Below, in pieces: positions 10,005 to 23,566 of a stretch of DNA of 64,000 nt (positions are counted from its first letter, which is position 1; the number at the start of each line of letters is the position of its first letter). Made by a program: the position numbers and the translations under genes. The notes beneath the pieces were generated by a model. The model saw only the letters and a program-made list of their open reading frames with translations, was not told the origin of the DNA and ran no database searches. Source of the DNA: Myxococcales bacterium (GTDB taxonomy: Bacteria > Myxococcota_A > Polyangia > Haliangiales > Haliangiaceae); the NCBI GenBank assembly GCA_011526095.1, contig WYBA01000414.1, positions 10,622 to 74,621 of the forward strand, read 5' to 3'.

Positions 10005-10026
10005 GTGTCCACATGACTGTGGATAA
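10005..10026. promoter_or_regulatory. inverted pair of DnaA-box-like 9-mers (GTGTCCACA - tgac - TGTGGATAA)
   Basis: TGTGGATAA is the reverse complement of the consensus TTATCCACA (9/9). The partner is 7/9. The pair lies between convergent genes. Confidence 0.35.
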
Positions 10027-10110
10027 CGTGTGCACTCCGCCGTGCATAACGGGGGTTCCCTGTGCAGAGCGACTCCCGCGAATTGGTTCGACCTCTGCGG
10101 GATCAGGCCC

Positions 10111-11934
10111 TCATGCCTCGTCGAGGAATCCGGACAGCTTGAGCTTGTTGCGGGCGTTCTTGGCGAGCTTCGACCGCGGCCGCTCGTCGATGATCCCCTG
10201 CAGCAGCTCGGCGCCGAGGTCCTCGTCGCGCTTCTGCTCGAGCAGCCGGAACCCGAGCGCGTAGATGTCCTCGTCGGACACGTCCTTCTCGCGGTTGAGC
10301 CGCTTGGCCACCGCGAACCCGCGCTCGTAGAGGTGGGTGAACTGCTCGAGCACCGGGTCGTCGGCGCCGGTCGCGCGCAGGATGCCCTGGCCGATCGCCT
10401 GCAGGCCGAGCACCGCCATGAAGAACCGCTGCTCGTCGTCGATCACGCCGTCGAGGTCGCGGCCACGGAGCAGCGGCTTGAGCGCGCCGAACGCCTCGAT
10501 CGGCTTGCCGGCCTTGCGCATCCGCCGCGCATGCTCGAACAGCAGCTCGGCGTGCGCGGCCGGCGCGACCTCCGCCAGCGTCTCGACCAGCACGCGCTCG
10601 AGCAGCACCGTGTCCGCGCTCGCCTTGCCGCGGGCGTGGCGGTCGAGGTGCTCGCGCGCGGCGGCGACCAGCTCGTCGATCGCGGCGGTCGAGACGTGGC
10701 CGCGGTGGCTGCGCAGCGCGCCGGCGTAGCGCCGCGCGACCTGCTCGTCGGTGGCCGCGACCAGCGCGCGCGCCAGCGGCAGCACCGCCTCGGGCGCCTT
10801 GGCCAGGCCGCGGGCCGCCGCGTCGCGCGCCGGCGGGTCATCGCCGCCGAGCGCGTCGATCAGCGCCTTGACCGCGGCGGCGCCGCCGCCCGCCGGCAGC
10901 CGCTCCATCGCCAGCTTCTGCGCGGCGGTGTTCTTCGACCGCGCCAGCGCGGCGAACGGCTTGGCCAGCTTCTCCGGGATCCGCGCGCCGCGCAGCGTGT
11001 CGACCGCCGACTGCGCGACCGCGAGGTCGTCCCCGTCGGCGAGCTCGATCAGCGCCTCGATCGCGCCCTCGGTGCCCTTGGCCTCGGTCGACGCGACGAT
11101 CCGGCGCAGCGCCGCGATCGCGGCGAGCCGGACCGAGCGCGGCCACTCGTCGCCGATCTTGGCGGTGAGCAAGGACAGCGCCGACGGGCGCGCCTGGTAG
11201 CCGATGAGGCGCAGCAGCAGCCCGAGCTCGTGGACGCTCGCGGCGACCGCGGGATCCTTCATCGGATCCGCGGCGACGGCCGCGCCGTTGCCGCCCGGCG
11301 CGCCCTTGCCGTTCTTGCCCTTCGCCGACGCCGGCTTCTTCGCCGCGTCGCCCTTCGCCGCCTCCTTCACCGCCCGCGCCCACTCCTTCTTGACCGTCTT
11401 GCCGACCTCGGCCGCGCGCGCGAGCGCCGCCTTCTCGACCACGCCGGCGACCTTCTCGTTGTGGCGGTCGAGCTCGTTGCGCAGGAGCTGCAGCGCCTGC
11501 TCCCCGAACTCGGCGTCGGCGAGCTGGTCGAGCACGGCGTCGACCGCCGGCGTCGTCCCACGTCGCAGCAGCAGCGAGGCGATCGCGCGCCGCGCCTGCA
11601 CCGTGCCCTCCCCCAGCTCCTTGCGCAGCGCCGCGTCGGCGGCGCCGCCCTGGGCGGCGAGCAGCTGGGCGGCGCGCTCGGCGAGCGCCTCGTCGCCGCC
11701 GCGCAGCAGGCCCACGAGCTGCGGCGCGATCCCGGTCGCGCCCATGTCGGCCAGCCCCTCGAGCGCGATCCGCTGGACCACGCCGTCGGGATCGGCGAGC
11801 CGGTCGGTGAGCGCCTTGACCACAGCGCCGTCGCCCTTGCCGACCGCGGCGAGCACGGTGGCCGCGGCGGCGCGCAGGTCGACCCGCTCGTGGTCCAGCA
11901 GATCGATGACGGCGGAACCGAGATTTCTGGCCAT
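10111..11934 (-). CDS. HEAT-repeat protein (607 aa)
   Basis: Repeated D..VR..A...L..LG helical-hairpin motifs (DLRAAAATVLAAVG, DGVVQRIALEGLADMG, RSVRLAAIAALRRI, PARDAAARGLAKA). ATG start. Confidence 0.65.
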   Translation of the reverse strand: MARNLGSAVIDLLDHERVDLRAAAATVLAAVGKGDGAVVKALTDRLADPDGVVQRIALEGLADMGATGIAPQLVGLLRGGDEALAERAAQLLAAQGGAADAALRKELGEGTVQARRAIASLLLRRGTTPAVDAVLDQLADAEFGEQALQLLRNELDRHNEKVAGVVEKAALARAAEVGKTVKKEWARAVKEAAKGDAAKKPASAKGKNGKGAPGGNGAAVAADPMKDPAVAASVHELGLLLRLIGYQARPSALSLLTAKIGDEWPRSVRLAAIAALRRIVASTEAKGTEGAIEALIELADGDDLAVAQSAVDTLRGARIPEKLAKPFAALARSKNTAAQKLAMERLPAGGGAAAVKALIDALGGDDPPARDAAARGLAKAPEAVLPLARALVAATDEQVARRYAGALRSHRGHVSTAAIDELVAAAREHLDRHARGKASADTVLLERVLVETLAEVAPAAHAELLFEHARRMRKAGKPIEAFGALKPLLRGRDLDGVIDDEQRFFMAVLGLQAIGQGILRATGADDPVLEQFTHLYERGFAVAKRLNREKDVSDEDIYALGFRLLEQKRDEDLGAELLQGIIDERPRSKLAKNARNKLKLSGFLDEA

Positions 11935-11991
11935 GGCGTCCCCTCGACGCGAGGCTATGGCCGATCGGGGGCCGGCGACAAGCGCCCCGCG

Positions 11992-12660
11992 CTACGCGTT
12001 GTACAGGCCGATCACCCAGGCCAGCACGCCGACCCCGATCAGCCCGCCCGCGGTCCCGGCGGCGCGCCGCACCAGCCGGTCGGCGTCGTCGAGCCCGCGG
12101 CGGGCGAAGTGGACGGCGCCACCCAGCCACAGCGCCAGCCCGGCGAGCGCGACCAGCGTCCACGCCCGCGACGGCGCGCCGTCGTCGGCGAGCTGGCGCC
12201 CGTAGAACGCCGCGCGCGCCCCGGCGGTGTCGCCAGCGCCCGGGGCCCGGCGGGCGGCGGCGCCCTCGCCGGGCGTGGTCGCCATCAGCACCGCGATCCG
12301 CGCGTCCGCCCGCGCGCGCCGGTCGGCATGGGGCTCGTGGAGCGAGCGCGTCGCCAGGGCCGCGCCGCGGACCGCCCGCCACGCGGCGAGCGCGAGGTCG
12401 AGGTCGCCGCGTCGCTCGGCGTCGGTCGCGACCCGCTCGAGCCGGTCGTAGGCGTCGGCGACGTGCGGCGCCAGCGGCGCGTACCACCGGGCCGCGCGTC
12501 CCCAGTGGTCGACCGCGCCGGCGGCGTCGCCGCGCGCGATCGCCGCGTCGCCGTCGGCGAGCGCGGCGCGCCCCTCCCACACCACGCGCGTCGCGAGCGC
12601 GCCGAGCACGAACAGCGTGACGAGCGCGCCGGTGATCAACTTGCGGCGCAACCGACGCAC
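11992..12660 (-). CDS. hypothetical membrane protein (N- and C-terminal TM helices, TPR-like middle)
   Basis: 222 aa. TM LITGALVTLFVLGALA and C-terminal WTLVALAGLALWLGGA / GGLIGVGVLAWVIGLY. 1-nt gap to the upstream permease gene. Confidence 0.5.
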   Translation of the reverse strand: MRRLRRKLITGALVTLFVLGALATRVVWEGRAALADGDAAIARGDAAGAVDHWGRAARWYAPLAPHVADAYDRLERVATDAERRGDLDLALAAWRAVRGAALATRSLHEPHADRRARADARIAVLMATTPGEGAAARRAPGAGDTAGARAAFYGRQLADDGAPSRAWTLVALAGLALWLGGAVHFARRGLDDADRLVRRAAGTAGGLIGVGVLAWVIGLYNA

Positions 12661-12661
12661 C

Positions 12662-13470
12662 TCACGCGAAGTCCCGGCGCTGGAAGATCACCATCGCCAG
12701 CGCCAGCAGCCCCGCGATCCATAGCAGGCCGTAGCCCGAGGCGGTCGCGACGTAGCCCCACGACACGAAGTCGCCGTGCACGGTGACGTGCTGGCCGTCG
12801 AGCGTGCGCCCCGAGATCGCGAACAGGTGCAGGTCGGGCACGACCTCGAGCACCACCGACAGCACGCCCTTGATCGTCGCCGACGCCTCCTCGGAGCCGA
12901 GCGCGGCCTTCATGTCGGGCGTGACCCGGCCGATCACGAACAGCCCGAGCGCGAAGATGCCGGACAGGAACGGCGTCGAGAACGACGAGAAGAACACGGC
13001 GATCGCCGCGACCGTGAGCACCTCCATCCACGCCAGCACGACCGCCTTGCCGACCGCGCCGGAGACGGTGACGCCCTGGTACAGCAGCAGCAGCACCATC
13101 GCGACGGTGAACAGCGCGACCAGCACCGTCAGCGTCGTCGCGATCCCGAGGTACTTGCCGAGGACGAACTCCCACCGCTCGATCGGCTTGGACACGATCG
13201 CGTGGACCGTGCGCTTCTGGACCTCGGCGTAGAGCAGCGCGACGCCGAGGAAGATCGCGGTGAGCGAGCCGAACAGCGAGATCCCGGCGAGCCCGACGTC
13301 GCGCGCGACCCGCGCCTGCTCGTGGATCGACATCTCGCCCAGGACGATCGCGAACGCGTTGGCGCCGAACACCAGCACGAGCACGCCGTACAGCACGCGG
13401 ATGCGCGCCGCCTCGCGGAACGTGTTGAGCGCGATCGCCCACAGCCGGCCCCAGATCCCGGCGACCCCGG

Positions 13471-13474
<4 letters not shown>
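12662..13474 (-). CDS. ABC-2 type transporter permease (NosY/GldF-like)
   Basis: Six predicted TM helices. N-terminus IWGRLWAIALNTFREAARIRVLYGVL and KPIERWEFVLGKYLG are typical of the family. ATGA overlap with the upstream ATPase. Confidence 0.75.
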
Positions 13475-14472
<998 letters not shown>

Positions 14473-14521
14473 CGATTCATCCACGGCAGGTGCACTGCAG
14501 GTCCTCGGCGGTCCTTGGGTC

Positions 14522-15316
14522 TTACGGGTACCGGCCCTGGATGCCGATCCCGAGCTCGCCTGCGGCCGACAGCCAGCGGCGGAACGCCAGCTCCTCGGCG
14601 ACGAACACGTAGACGCCGTAGCTCGGGTGCAGGTCGAGCTGCAGGCCGTTGACGTTGCGGAGGACGATCTCGGTCGGGCGGCCCCCTTCGCCCGGCTCCT
14701 CGTAGCCGGTGTGGTCGAACGCCAGCTGCACCGACGAGAACAGCTTCGAGGTGCCGGCGTCGCTGAAGTAGAACTTGACGCCGGGCGACCACCGGAACAT
14801 CCGCGGCCCGTCGTCGGTGGTGGCCTGCGTCGGGCCGAAGTCACGCTCGAGGCCGACGCGCAGCTCGAGCAGGACCTCGAGGTTGGGGCGGACGCCGTAG
14901 GCGAACACGAGCTCCACCGAGGCCGGCACCCGGCCGATGCACACCGCGGAGTTACCCGTGCCGTTCTCGTTGTTGTCGTCGGTCGCGCCGCAGTAGTCCT
15001 CGTCGTAGGGCTTGATCAGGCGCAGCCCGACCGGGACCTGGAGGTTGACCCCGAACTGGCGGTGGTGGTCCTTGTAGCGCGCGGCGTCGGGATCGCCATC
15101 GTCGGGGGGCGCCGCGTCGGCGTGGTCGTCGGCGGTGATCAGGCGCGGCTCGGCGTCTTCGGCGTCTGCGGCGTCTTCGGCGTCTGCGGCGTCTGCGGCG
15201 TCTTCGGCGTCTTCGGCGTCTTCGGCGTCTTCGTCGCCGTCCTGCGCCCAGGCCAGCCCGGGCGCGACGAGCGCGGTGGCGGCGACGAGGATGGCGGCGA
15301 CCTCCCGGAGCGACAT
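14522..15316 (-). CDS. secreted beta-rich protein with acidic D/E/A repeat (264 aa)
   Basis: Signal peptide AAILVAATALVAPGLAWA. Acidic (DAE/DAA) repeats, then alternating-hydrophobic beta-strand-like segments (possible outer-membrane barrel). Confidence 0.6.
   Translation of the reverse strand: MSLREVAAILVAATALVAPGLAWAQDGDEDAEDAEDAEDAADAADAEDAADAEDAEPRLITADDHADAAPPDDGDPDAARYKDHHRQFGVNLQVPVGLRLIKPYDEDYCGATDDNNENGTGNSAVCIGRVPASVELVFAYGVRPNLEVLLELRVGLERDFGPTQATTDDGPRMFRWSPGVKFYFSDAGTSKLFSSVQLAFDHTGYEEPGEGGRPTEIVLRNVNGLQLDLHPSYGVYVFVAEELAFRRWLSAAGELGIGIQGRYP
15143..15247 (-). repeat. 9-bp coding repeats (GCGTCTTCG/GCGTCTGCG) giving (DAE/DAA)n
   Basis: Direct reading. In frame within CDS 14522..15316. 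Boundaries approximate. Confidence 0.7.
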
Positions 15317-15324
15317 CGCGGCCT

Positions 15325-15330
15325 ACGCTA
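15325..15330 (-). promoter_or_regulatory. -10-like TAGCGT 8 nt upstream of ATG 15316 (minus strand)
   Basis: Minus strand reads TAGCGTaggccgcgATG. No SD. Confidence 0.3.
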
Positions 15331-15349
15331 ACACAGCTGCGGAACCTGC

Positions 15350-15355
15350 TACCTT
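15350..15355 (+). promoter_or_regulatory. -10-like TACCTT 6 nt upstream of GTG 15362
   Basis: Sequence ctgcTACCTTgtcggcGTG. No SD. Confidence 0.3.
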
Positions 15356-15361
15356 GTCGGC

Positions 15362-16189
15362 GTGTCGATCACCCGCCGCGACCTGATGCGCGCCGGCGCC
15401 GCCGCGGCGGTGGCCGGCGCCGCCGCGCTCGCGCTGCCCGGCGGGGCCGCGGTCCGGCGGGCGTGGGCGCTCGGGCGCGGCTCGAAGTTCCGGTTCGGTC
15501 ACCTGCAGCTCGCCGCCAGCTCCAACCCGCGGCCGACCGCGCTGCGACGCCTGGCGTGGGAGATCGAGAAGCGCACCTCGATCGACGTCGAGCTGGACTC
15601 GCCGCAGGTCACGCCCACCAGCCCGGACCTGCACGAGACCCCGGTGCTCTACCTCGCCGGCGATCGCGAGTTCCCGCTGCCGGCCCGGGCCGGGATCGAG
15701 GCGCTGCGCCGGTTCCTCACGTTCGGGGGCTTTCTGATCATCGACTCGGCCGAGGGCTCGACCGACGGCGCGTTCGACCAGTCGGTGCGCCGGCTGATCG
15801 AGGCGGTGTTCCCGCCGCCGCAACCCCAGCTCGCGCTCGTCGCCACCGACCACGTCGTCTACAAGTCGTTCTACCTGCTCGATCGCCCGCTCGGGCGCTA
15901 CGCGCTGTCGCCGGCGATGGAGGCGGTCGAGCGCGACGGCCGGCTGGTCGTCGCCTACGTCCAGAACGACATGGGCGGCGCGTGGTCCCGCGACAACTTC
16001 GGCAACTTCGAGTTCCCGTGCGAGCCCGACGGCGAGCGCCAGCGCGAGCTGGCGTTCCGCATGGGCGTCAACCTGGTGATGTACGCGCTGTGCCTGGACT
16101 ACAAGACCGACCAGGTCCACGTGCCGTTCATCATGCGCCGCCGCCGCTGGCGCCCCGACGACGGCGCCGATCCGGCGGGGACGCCGTAG
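15362..16189 (+). CDS. DUF4159-domain protein with Tat-like signal
   Basis: RRDLMRAGAAAAVAGAAA twin-arginine N-terminus. PVLYLAGDREF...LRRFLTFGGFLIIDSAEG...VNLVMYAL matches my recollection of DUF4159 (Bat/aerotolerance neighbourhood). Confidence 0.65.
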   Translation: MSITRRDLMRAGAAAAVAGAAALALPGGAAVRRAWALGRGSKFRFGHLQLAASSNPRPTALRRLAWEIEKRTSIDVELDSPQVTPTSPDLHETPVLYLAGDREFPLPARAGIEALRRFLTFGGFLIIDSAEGSTDGAFDQSVRRLIEAVFPPPQPQLALVATDHVVYKSFYLLDRPLGRYALSPAMEAVERDGRLVVAYVQNDMGGAWSRDNFGNFEFPCEPDGERQRELAFRMGVNLVMYALCLDYKTDQVHVPFIMRRRRWRPDDGADPAGTP

Positions 16190-16202
16190 GGCCCGCCGGG
16201 CG

Positions 16203-18695
<2,493 letters not shown>

Positions 18696-18710
18696 ACCTC
18701 CGGTAATCCA

Positions 18711-19943
18711 ATGCTTGCGCTCGACAGCCTGGTCACCGATCTGATCTTCGACGCGCGGGGTCAGCTCGATCCGCAGACGCTGGCGGACGCGTTCGGCGGC
18801 CCCGAGGCGCTCAAGACCAAGAAGGTCTTCAACCCCGACCAGCACGACCCGCGGCTGGAGATGGAGCTGTCGCCGAGCGTGCCGTTCCGCCGCCGCGGCG
18901 AGGCGCGCCTGATGTTCATCGACGACTCGGTCGCGCCGATGCGCGCCGACCCGCGGACCGACCCGGTCGTCCCGCTCGACCTGCGCGCCGCCAAGGAGGA
19001 GCTGATCGCGCTGTGCGAGCAGCTGCCGGTGCGCCTCGGCCGGATCTTCGCGCTCGGCTCGTGGGGCGACGCCGTGCTGGTCGCGAAGAGCGCGCGGGAT
19101 CTGCGCGCGATCGCGCTGATCGGCTGGGCGCTCGATCCGACGATCGACGCCGACGGCCGCCAGTCGGCGAGTCAGCTGTCGAAGTCGCAGTTCGAGGCCA
19201 AGATCATGGCCTACGAGAAGCGCCTGGAGGAGCTCGACGACGAGGAGATCCTCGCCGGGCTCAGCGGCGTGACGATGGAGCGGCGCGGCGAGCTGATCAT
19301 CGTCGACGTGCTCGAGCCCGACGGCACCTGGGACCAGCGCAAGTCGATGCTGCTCGAGCACCAGCTGTCGGCGATCGAGCGGTTCTCGCTGATCCCGGGC
19401 GCGCCGTCGAGCAAGAAGCTGGTCACGCCGGCCGCGCCGGGCGGCAACGGCAAGGCGGCGGCGCCGGGCAAGCCGGCCGCGCCGGCCGCGGAGCCGGCGA
19501 AGGCGCCGGAGCCCGCGCCCGCGCCGGTCCCCTCCGGTCCGCCGCTGACGTACGCCGAGCTCGGCGGCGCCGTGCTGCTGGTGTTCCCGGCGGAGCGGTT
19601 CGACCTCGACGTCGCCGCCGCGCTCGGCAAGCGCGACTGGGACAGCATCGTCCGGCGCACGGACAACATCCCCGGCCAGCTCCGCGACCGGATGCACAAG
19701 GACGGCGCCGCGTGGGTCGCCCCGCTCGAGTTCCTGTCCGAGGTGTTCGTCGAGGGCAAGCCGCTGTCGAAGCCCGCGTTCGAGCAGGGCGCGCGCGCGC
19801 TCGGCGGCGCCGGCGCCCGCGCCCTCGACGTCCACTTCCCGCGGTTCGGCCCGGCGGTCCTGCTCGAGGTCCCCGGCAAGGGCCGGTTCGTCACCTCGGC
19901 CCTCGACCACGCGGCGGAAGTGGCCGAGCTGCTGACGAAGTGA
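18711..19943 (+). CDS. hypothetical protein (410 aa) with central Pro/Ala/Lys linker
   Basis: GC3-biased ORF contiguous with the upstream operon. No family recognised. Confidence 0.5.
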   Translation: MLALDSLVTDLIFDARGQLDPQTLADAFGGPEALKTKKVFNPDQHDPRLEMELSPSVPFRRRGEARLMFIDDSVAPMRADPRTDPVVPLDLRAAKEELIALCEQLPVRLGRIFALGSWGDAVLVAKSARDLRAIALIGWALDPTIDADGRQSASQLSKSQFEAKIMAYEKRLEELDDEEILAGLSGVTMERRGELIIVDVLEPDGTWDQRKSMLLEHQLSAIERFSLIPGAPSSKKLVTPAAPGGNGKAAAPGKPAAPAAEPAKAPEPAPAPVPSGPPLTYAELGGAVLLVFPAERFDLDVAAALGKRDWDSIVRRTDNIPGQLRDRMHKDGAAWVAPLEFLSEVFVEGKPLSKPAFEQGARALGGAGARALDVHFPRFGPAVLLEVPGKGRFVTSALDHAAEVAELLTK

Positions 19944-19956
19944 CATCTTCGCGGCC

Positions 19957-21273
19957 GTGACGCCCCGACCGCGCCCCACGCACGCTGATCCGCTCGCCCC
20001 GAGCGGTTCACCGACGTCGTCGGAGATCGCCGCTGGACGAACTGGCTCCCTGGATCCGTTCGCCCCGAGCCGTGCCGAGCGCCAGCGAGGCCCGCGTCGA
20101 GGGGCCAGCCTGCCGTTCCTCGTCGCCCCCGCGATCGCGCTGATCCTCGCCGCGCCCGCCGCCGCCCGCGCCGGCAAGGACGACTTCGGCGACGCGGCCG
20201 TCGTGTTCGCGCGCGACCACGCGCTGTGGCGCACCGACCCCAAGGGCAAGGGCCCGGCCACCGAGCTGCTCACCCTGCCCGGCGGCGCGCGCGCCGCGGA
20301 CGTCCGCACGATCCGCACCGACGCCGCCGGCGCGGTGATCCTGCTCGACGTCGCCGGCGCGTGGTACTGGCTGCGCGCCGCCACGCCCGACGAGCTCACG
20401 CCCCTGCCGTGCGCCACCGACGCGCGCGTCACCGTCGACGGCAAGTCGGTCGTGTGCGCCGACGCCGACGGCCACGCGATCGTCTACTCGCTGCGCACGC
20501 GCAAGCACACCCGCCGCAAGGTGCCCGGCGCCGGCGCGCGCGTGCTGCCCGCGGCGCCGGTCGCCGACGGCGAGCCGTCGCGCGGTCGCGAGCTCGTCTA
20601 CGCCGACGCCGACGGCGTGTGGGCCGCGCCGCTCGCCGCCCCCGACGACCGCCGCGAGCTCGCGCCCGACGCCCCGCTGCGCGGGTTCTCCGCCTCGCCC
20701 GACGGCACGCGCGCGCTCGGCGTGTACCTCACGACCGCCTGGCAGAAGCGCACCGCGGTCGAGGCCGAGGGCCTGATGACGTTCGCGCTCGACGGCAAGG
20801 CCGCGCGCCGCAAGTCGATCCGCGGCGGCGTCGTGATCGACTGGTCGTGGGACGGCGCGTGGATCCTCGTCCAGGACGGCGAGAGCGCGTGCGTCGCGCG
20901 CGCCGTCGGCGGCGAGTACAAGTGCTGGAAGGGCTACGGCGCCGTGTCGCTGTCCCCCGACGGCAAGTGGGCGCTCGTCGTCGGCAAGCGCAAGGCGCCC
21001 GAGGGCGGCGACAAGGACGACAGGGACGACAAGGACGACGCCGACGCGCCCGCCGACGCGCCCGCCGGCGACGGCGGCGGCGAGGGCGGCGACGAGCCAG
21101 ACGACACCGAGGCGACCGCCGACGCGCCCGCGGCCCCGGGCATCCCCGCGGGCCCGCTCAGCCTGTACCGCGCGAAGCTCGAGGGCGCGTACACCGAGCG
21201 CCCGGCGCTGGTCGAGACGGTGATCGACGGACCCGGCGCGCTGTGGCTGCCGGGCGGCGCCGCGGCGAAGTAG
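19957..21273 (+). CDS. hypothetical secreted protein, beta-propeller-like, acidic K/D-rich tail
   Basis: The only in-frame start upstream of signal-like RRGASLPFLVAPAIALILAAPAAARA is GTG 19957. SPDG-containing repeats. The N-terminal ~45 aa overlap an intergenic-type repeat, so the true start is uncertain. Confidence 0.5.
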   Translation: MTPRPRPTHADPLAPSGSPTSSEIAAGRTGSLDPFAPSRAERQRGPRRGASLPFLVAPAIALILAAPAAARAGKDDFGDAAVVFARDHALWRTDPKGKGPATELLTLPGGARAADVRTIRTDAAGAVILLDVAGAWYWLRAATPDELTPLPCATDARVTVDGKSVVCADADGHAIVYSLRTRKHTRRKVPGAGARVLPAAPVADGEPSRGRELVYADADGVWAAPLAAPDDRRELAPDAPLRGFSASPDGTRALGVYLTTAWQKRTAVEAEGLMTFALDGKAARRKSIRGGVVIDWSWDGAWILVQDGESACVARAVGGEYKCWKGYGAVSLSPDGKWALVVGKRKAPEGGDKDDRDDKDDADAPADAPAGDGGGEGGDEPDDTEATADAPAAPGIPAGPLSLYRAKLEGAYTERPALVETVIDGPGALWLPGGAAAK

Positions 21274-21300
21274 CGCGGCCGGGCGGCGCGAGGCGCTGGG

Positions 21301-21690
21301 TCAGCCGGCGGCCGCGAGCGCCTTGAGCCGCTCGCGCACGGCCGCCCCGTTCCACGGCTTGCCGATGATCGCGTCGAGCAGCCCGGACTTCTCCGCCGCG
21401 ACGACGTCGTCGGCCTCGTCGACGCCGGTGACCAGCACGAACTTCACGCCCGGCCACCGCGCCCGGACGTCGGCCGCGAGCTCGGTGCCGTTGCGCCCGG
21501 GCATGAGCTGATCGCACAGGACCAGGGAGATCGCGCCGCCGCAAGCCTCGAGCACCTCGAGCGCCTCGGCCGCGCACGCCGCGGTCACGATCTCGAACTC
21601 GCGCTGCAGCGTGCGGCGCAAGAGGTCGAGGTTGAGCGGCTCGTCGTCGACGACCAGCACGCGCCGCTTCGCCAGCGCCGGCTCAGCCAT
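21301..21690 (-). CDS. single-domain response regulator (CheY-like receiver)
   Basis: VLVVDDEP, phospho-acceptor context [10 protein letters not shown], conserved T/K (LVTG, IGKPW). 8-nt overlap with the upstream kinase. Confidence 0.9.
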   Translation of the reverse strand: MAEPALAKRRVLVVDDEPLNLDLLRRTLQREFEIVTAACAAEALEVLEACGGAISLVLCDQLMPGRNGTELAADVRARWPGVKFVLVTGVDEADDVVAAEKSGLLDAIIGKPWNGAAVRERLKALAAAG

Positions 21691-23014
21691 GCGCCGCCCC
21701 GTGCGGCTCGCCGCCGCCGTCCGCCGCGCCCGCGCTGACGCCGTGGCGCGCCGACTCGGGCGCGCGCACCGGCAGCGTCACGACGAACTCCGCGCCCGCG
21801 CCGGGCGCGTTGTGCCACAGCATCGTGCCGCCGTGCGCGCGCACGATGTTCTCGCTGATCCACAGCCCGAGCCCCGTGCCCTCGCCGACGTCCTTGGTCG
21901 TGAAGAACGGGTCGGACAGCTTGGCCATCGCCTCGTGGCGGATCCCCGGGCCCGAGTCGCGCACCGCGACCTCGACCTGGCGGCCGTCGTCGAGCGGCTG
22001 GACCGCGACCTCGATCCAGCCCTCGCCGGCGATCGCCTGCGCGGCGTTGGTCAGGATGTTCATGAACACCTGGTTGACGTGGCCGGCGTTGCACAGGATC
22101 CGCGGCACGCCGGGCGCGATCCGCCGCCGCACCTCGATCCGGTTCTTGAGCAGCGGCGCGATCAGGTTGAGCGTCGTCTCGATCCCCGCGACCAGGTCCG
22201 TCTCCTGGAGCTCGCCGCCGCCGGTGCGCGAGAACGTCTTGAGGTCCTGGACGATGCTCGCCGTGCGCTCGGCGCCGGCGCGGATCGACTTGAGCAGCTT
22301 GCGCCAGTCCTCGATCAGAAACTCGTACTCGATCTGCTGCTTGGCCCGGTCGAACGCCGCGCGCACGTCGTCGGGCAGCGTCGTCCCGTCGAGCTGCTGG
22401 ACCAGCCCGAGCAGGTCCTCCATGTACTGGCCGAGGAAGTCGACGTTGCCGTAGACGAAGTTGATCGGGTTGTTGAGCTCGTGGGCGATGCCCGCGACCA
22501 GCCGCCCCAGCGACGACATCTTCTCCTGGTGGACCAGCGTCGCCTGGGCCTGGCGCAGCTCCTGCGTCCGCTCGCGCACGACCTCCTCCAGGCTCTGCTT
22601 GGCCTGGCGCTCGCGCTCGAGCAGCACCTTGAGCCGGCGCTGGATCCGCACGTCGGCGGTGACGTCGCGGTAGGTCTCGATGATCACCGGGCTGCCGTCG
22701 CCGAGCGCGACCGGCACCGCCGCGACGATGAACGTCAGCTCCTCGCCGTCGCCGCGCATCGCCTTGATCTCGTCGACGCGCAGCGCCCGGCCCGCGTCGC
22801 GCGCCTTGCACCCCAGGCAGTCGGTCTGGCAGATCTCGAGCGGGAACACCTCGAAGCACCGCGCCCCGGCCGCGACCTTCTGGGCGAGCTGGCGCCCGCG
22901 CAGTCCGGTCGACGCCTCGTAGGCGCGGTTGTAGTAGAGGACGCGCCGGTCCGGGTCGAGCACCACCGCGGCGTCGACCGAACCTTCGAGGAGCTGCTTG
23001 ATCTGCTCGAGCAC
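21683..23014 (-). CDS. PAS-sensor histidine kinase (cytoplasmic) with 4-Cys PAS
   Basis: GTG start. PAS ([17 protein letters not shown]). H-box [10 protein letters not shown]-box [11 protein letters not shown]1 RDSGPGI, G2 GTGLGL. Cys cluster [17 protein letters not shown]. Confidence 0.9.
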   Translation of the reverse strand: MLEQIKQLLEGSVDAAVVLDPDRRVLYYNRAYEASTGLRGRQLAQKVAAGARCFEVFPLEICQTDCLGCKARDAGRALRVDEIKAMRGDGEELTFIVAAVPVALGDGSPVIIETYRDVTADVRIQRRLKVLLERERQAKQSLEEVVRERTQELRQAQATLVHQEKMSSLGRLVAGIAHELNNPINFVYGNVDFLGQYMEDLLGLVQQLDGTTLPDDVRAAFDRAKQQIEYEFLIEDWRKLLKSIRAGAERTASIVQDLKTFSRTGGGELQETDLVAGIETTLNLIAPLLKNRIEVRRRIAPGVPRILCNAGHVNQVFMNILTNAAQAIAGEGWIEVAVQPLDDGRQVEVAVRDSGPGIRHEAMAKLSDPFFTTKDVGEGTGLGLWISENIVRAHGGTMLWHNAPGAGAEFVVTLPVRAPESARHGVSAGAADGGGEPHGAAHG

Positions 23015-23045
23015 GTGCGGGGTCTCGTCGCGCGGGGCGCGGCGA

Positions 23046-23528
<483 letters not shown>

Positions 23529-23566
23529 GTCGAACCTTCCTTCCCCGTCGTGCGCATCGGCCGCGG

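Noticed and set aside
10005-10026. A chromosomal replication origin (oriC) at the DnaA boxes.
   Set aside because: There are only two boxes, with no AT-rich unwinding element, no cluster of further boxes and no dnaA, dnaN or gidA neighbourhood. The site is more likely a regulatory or titration site, or a fortuitous palindrome.
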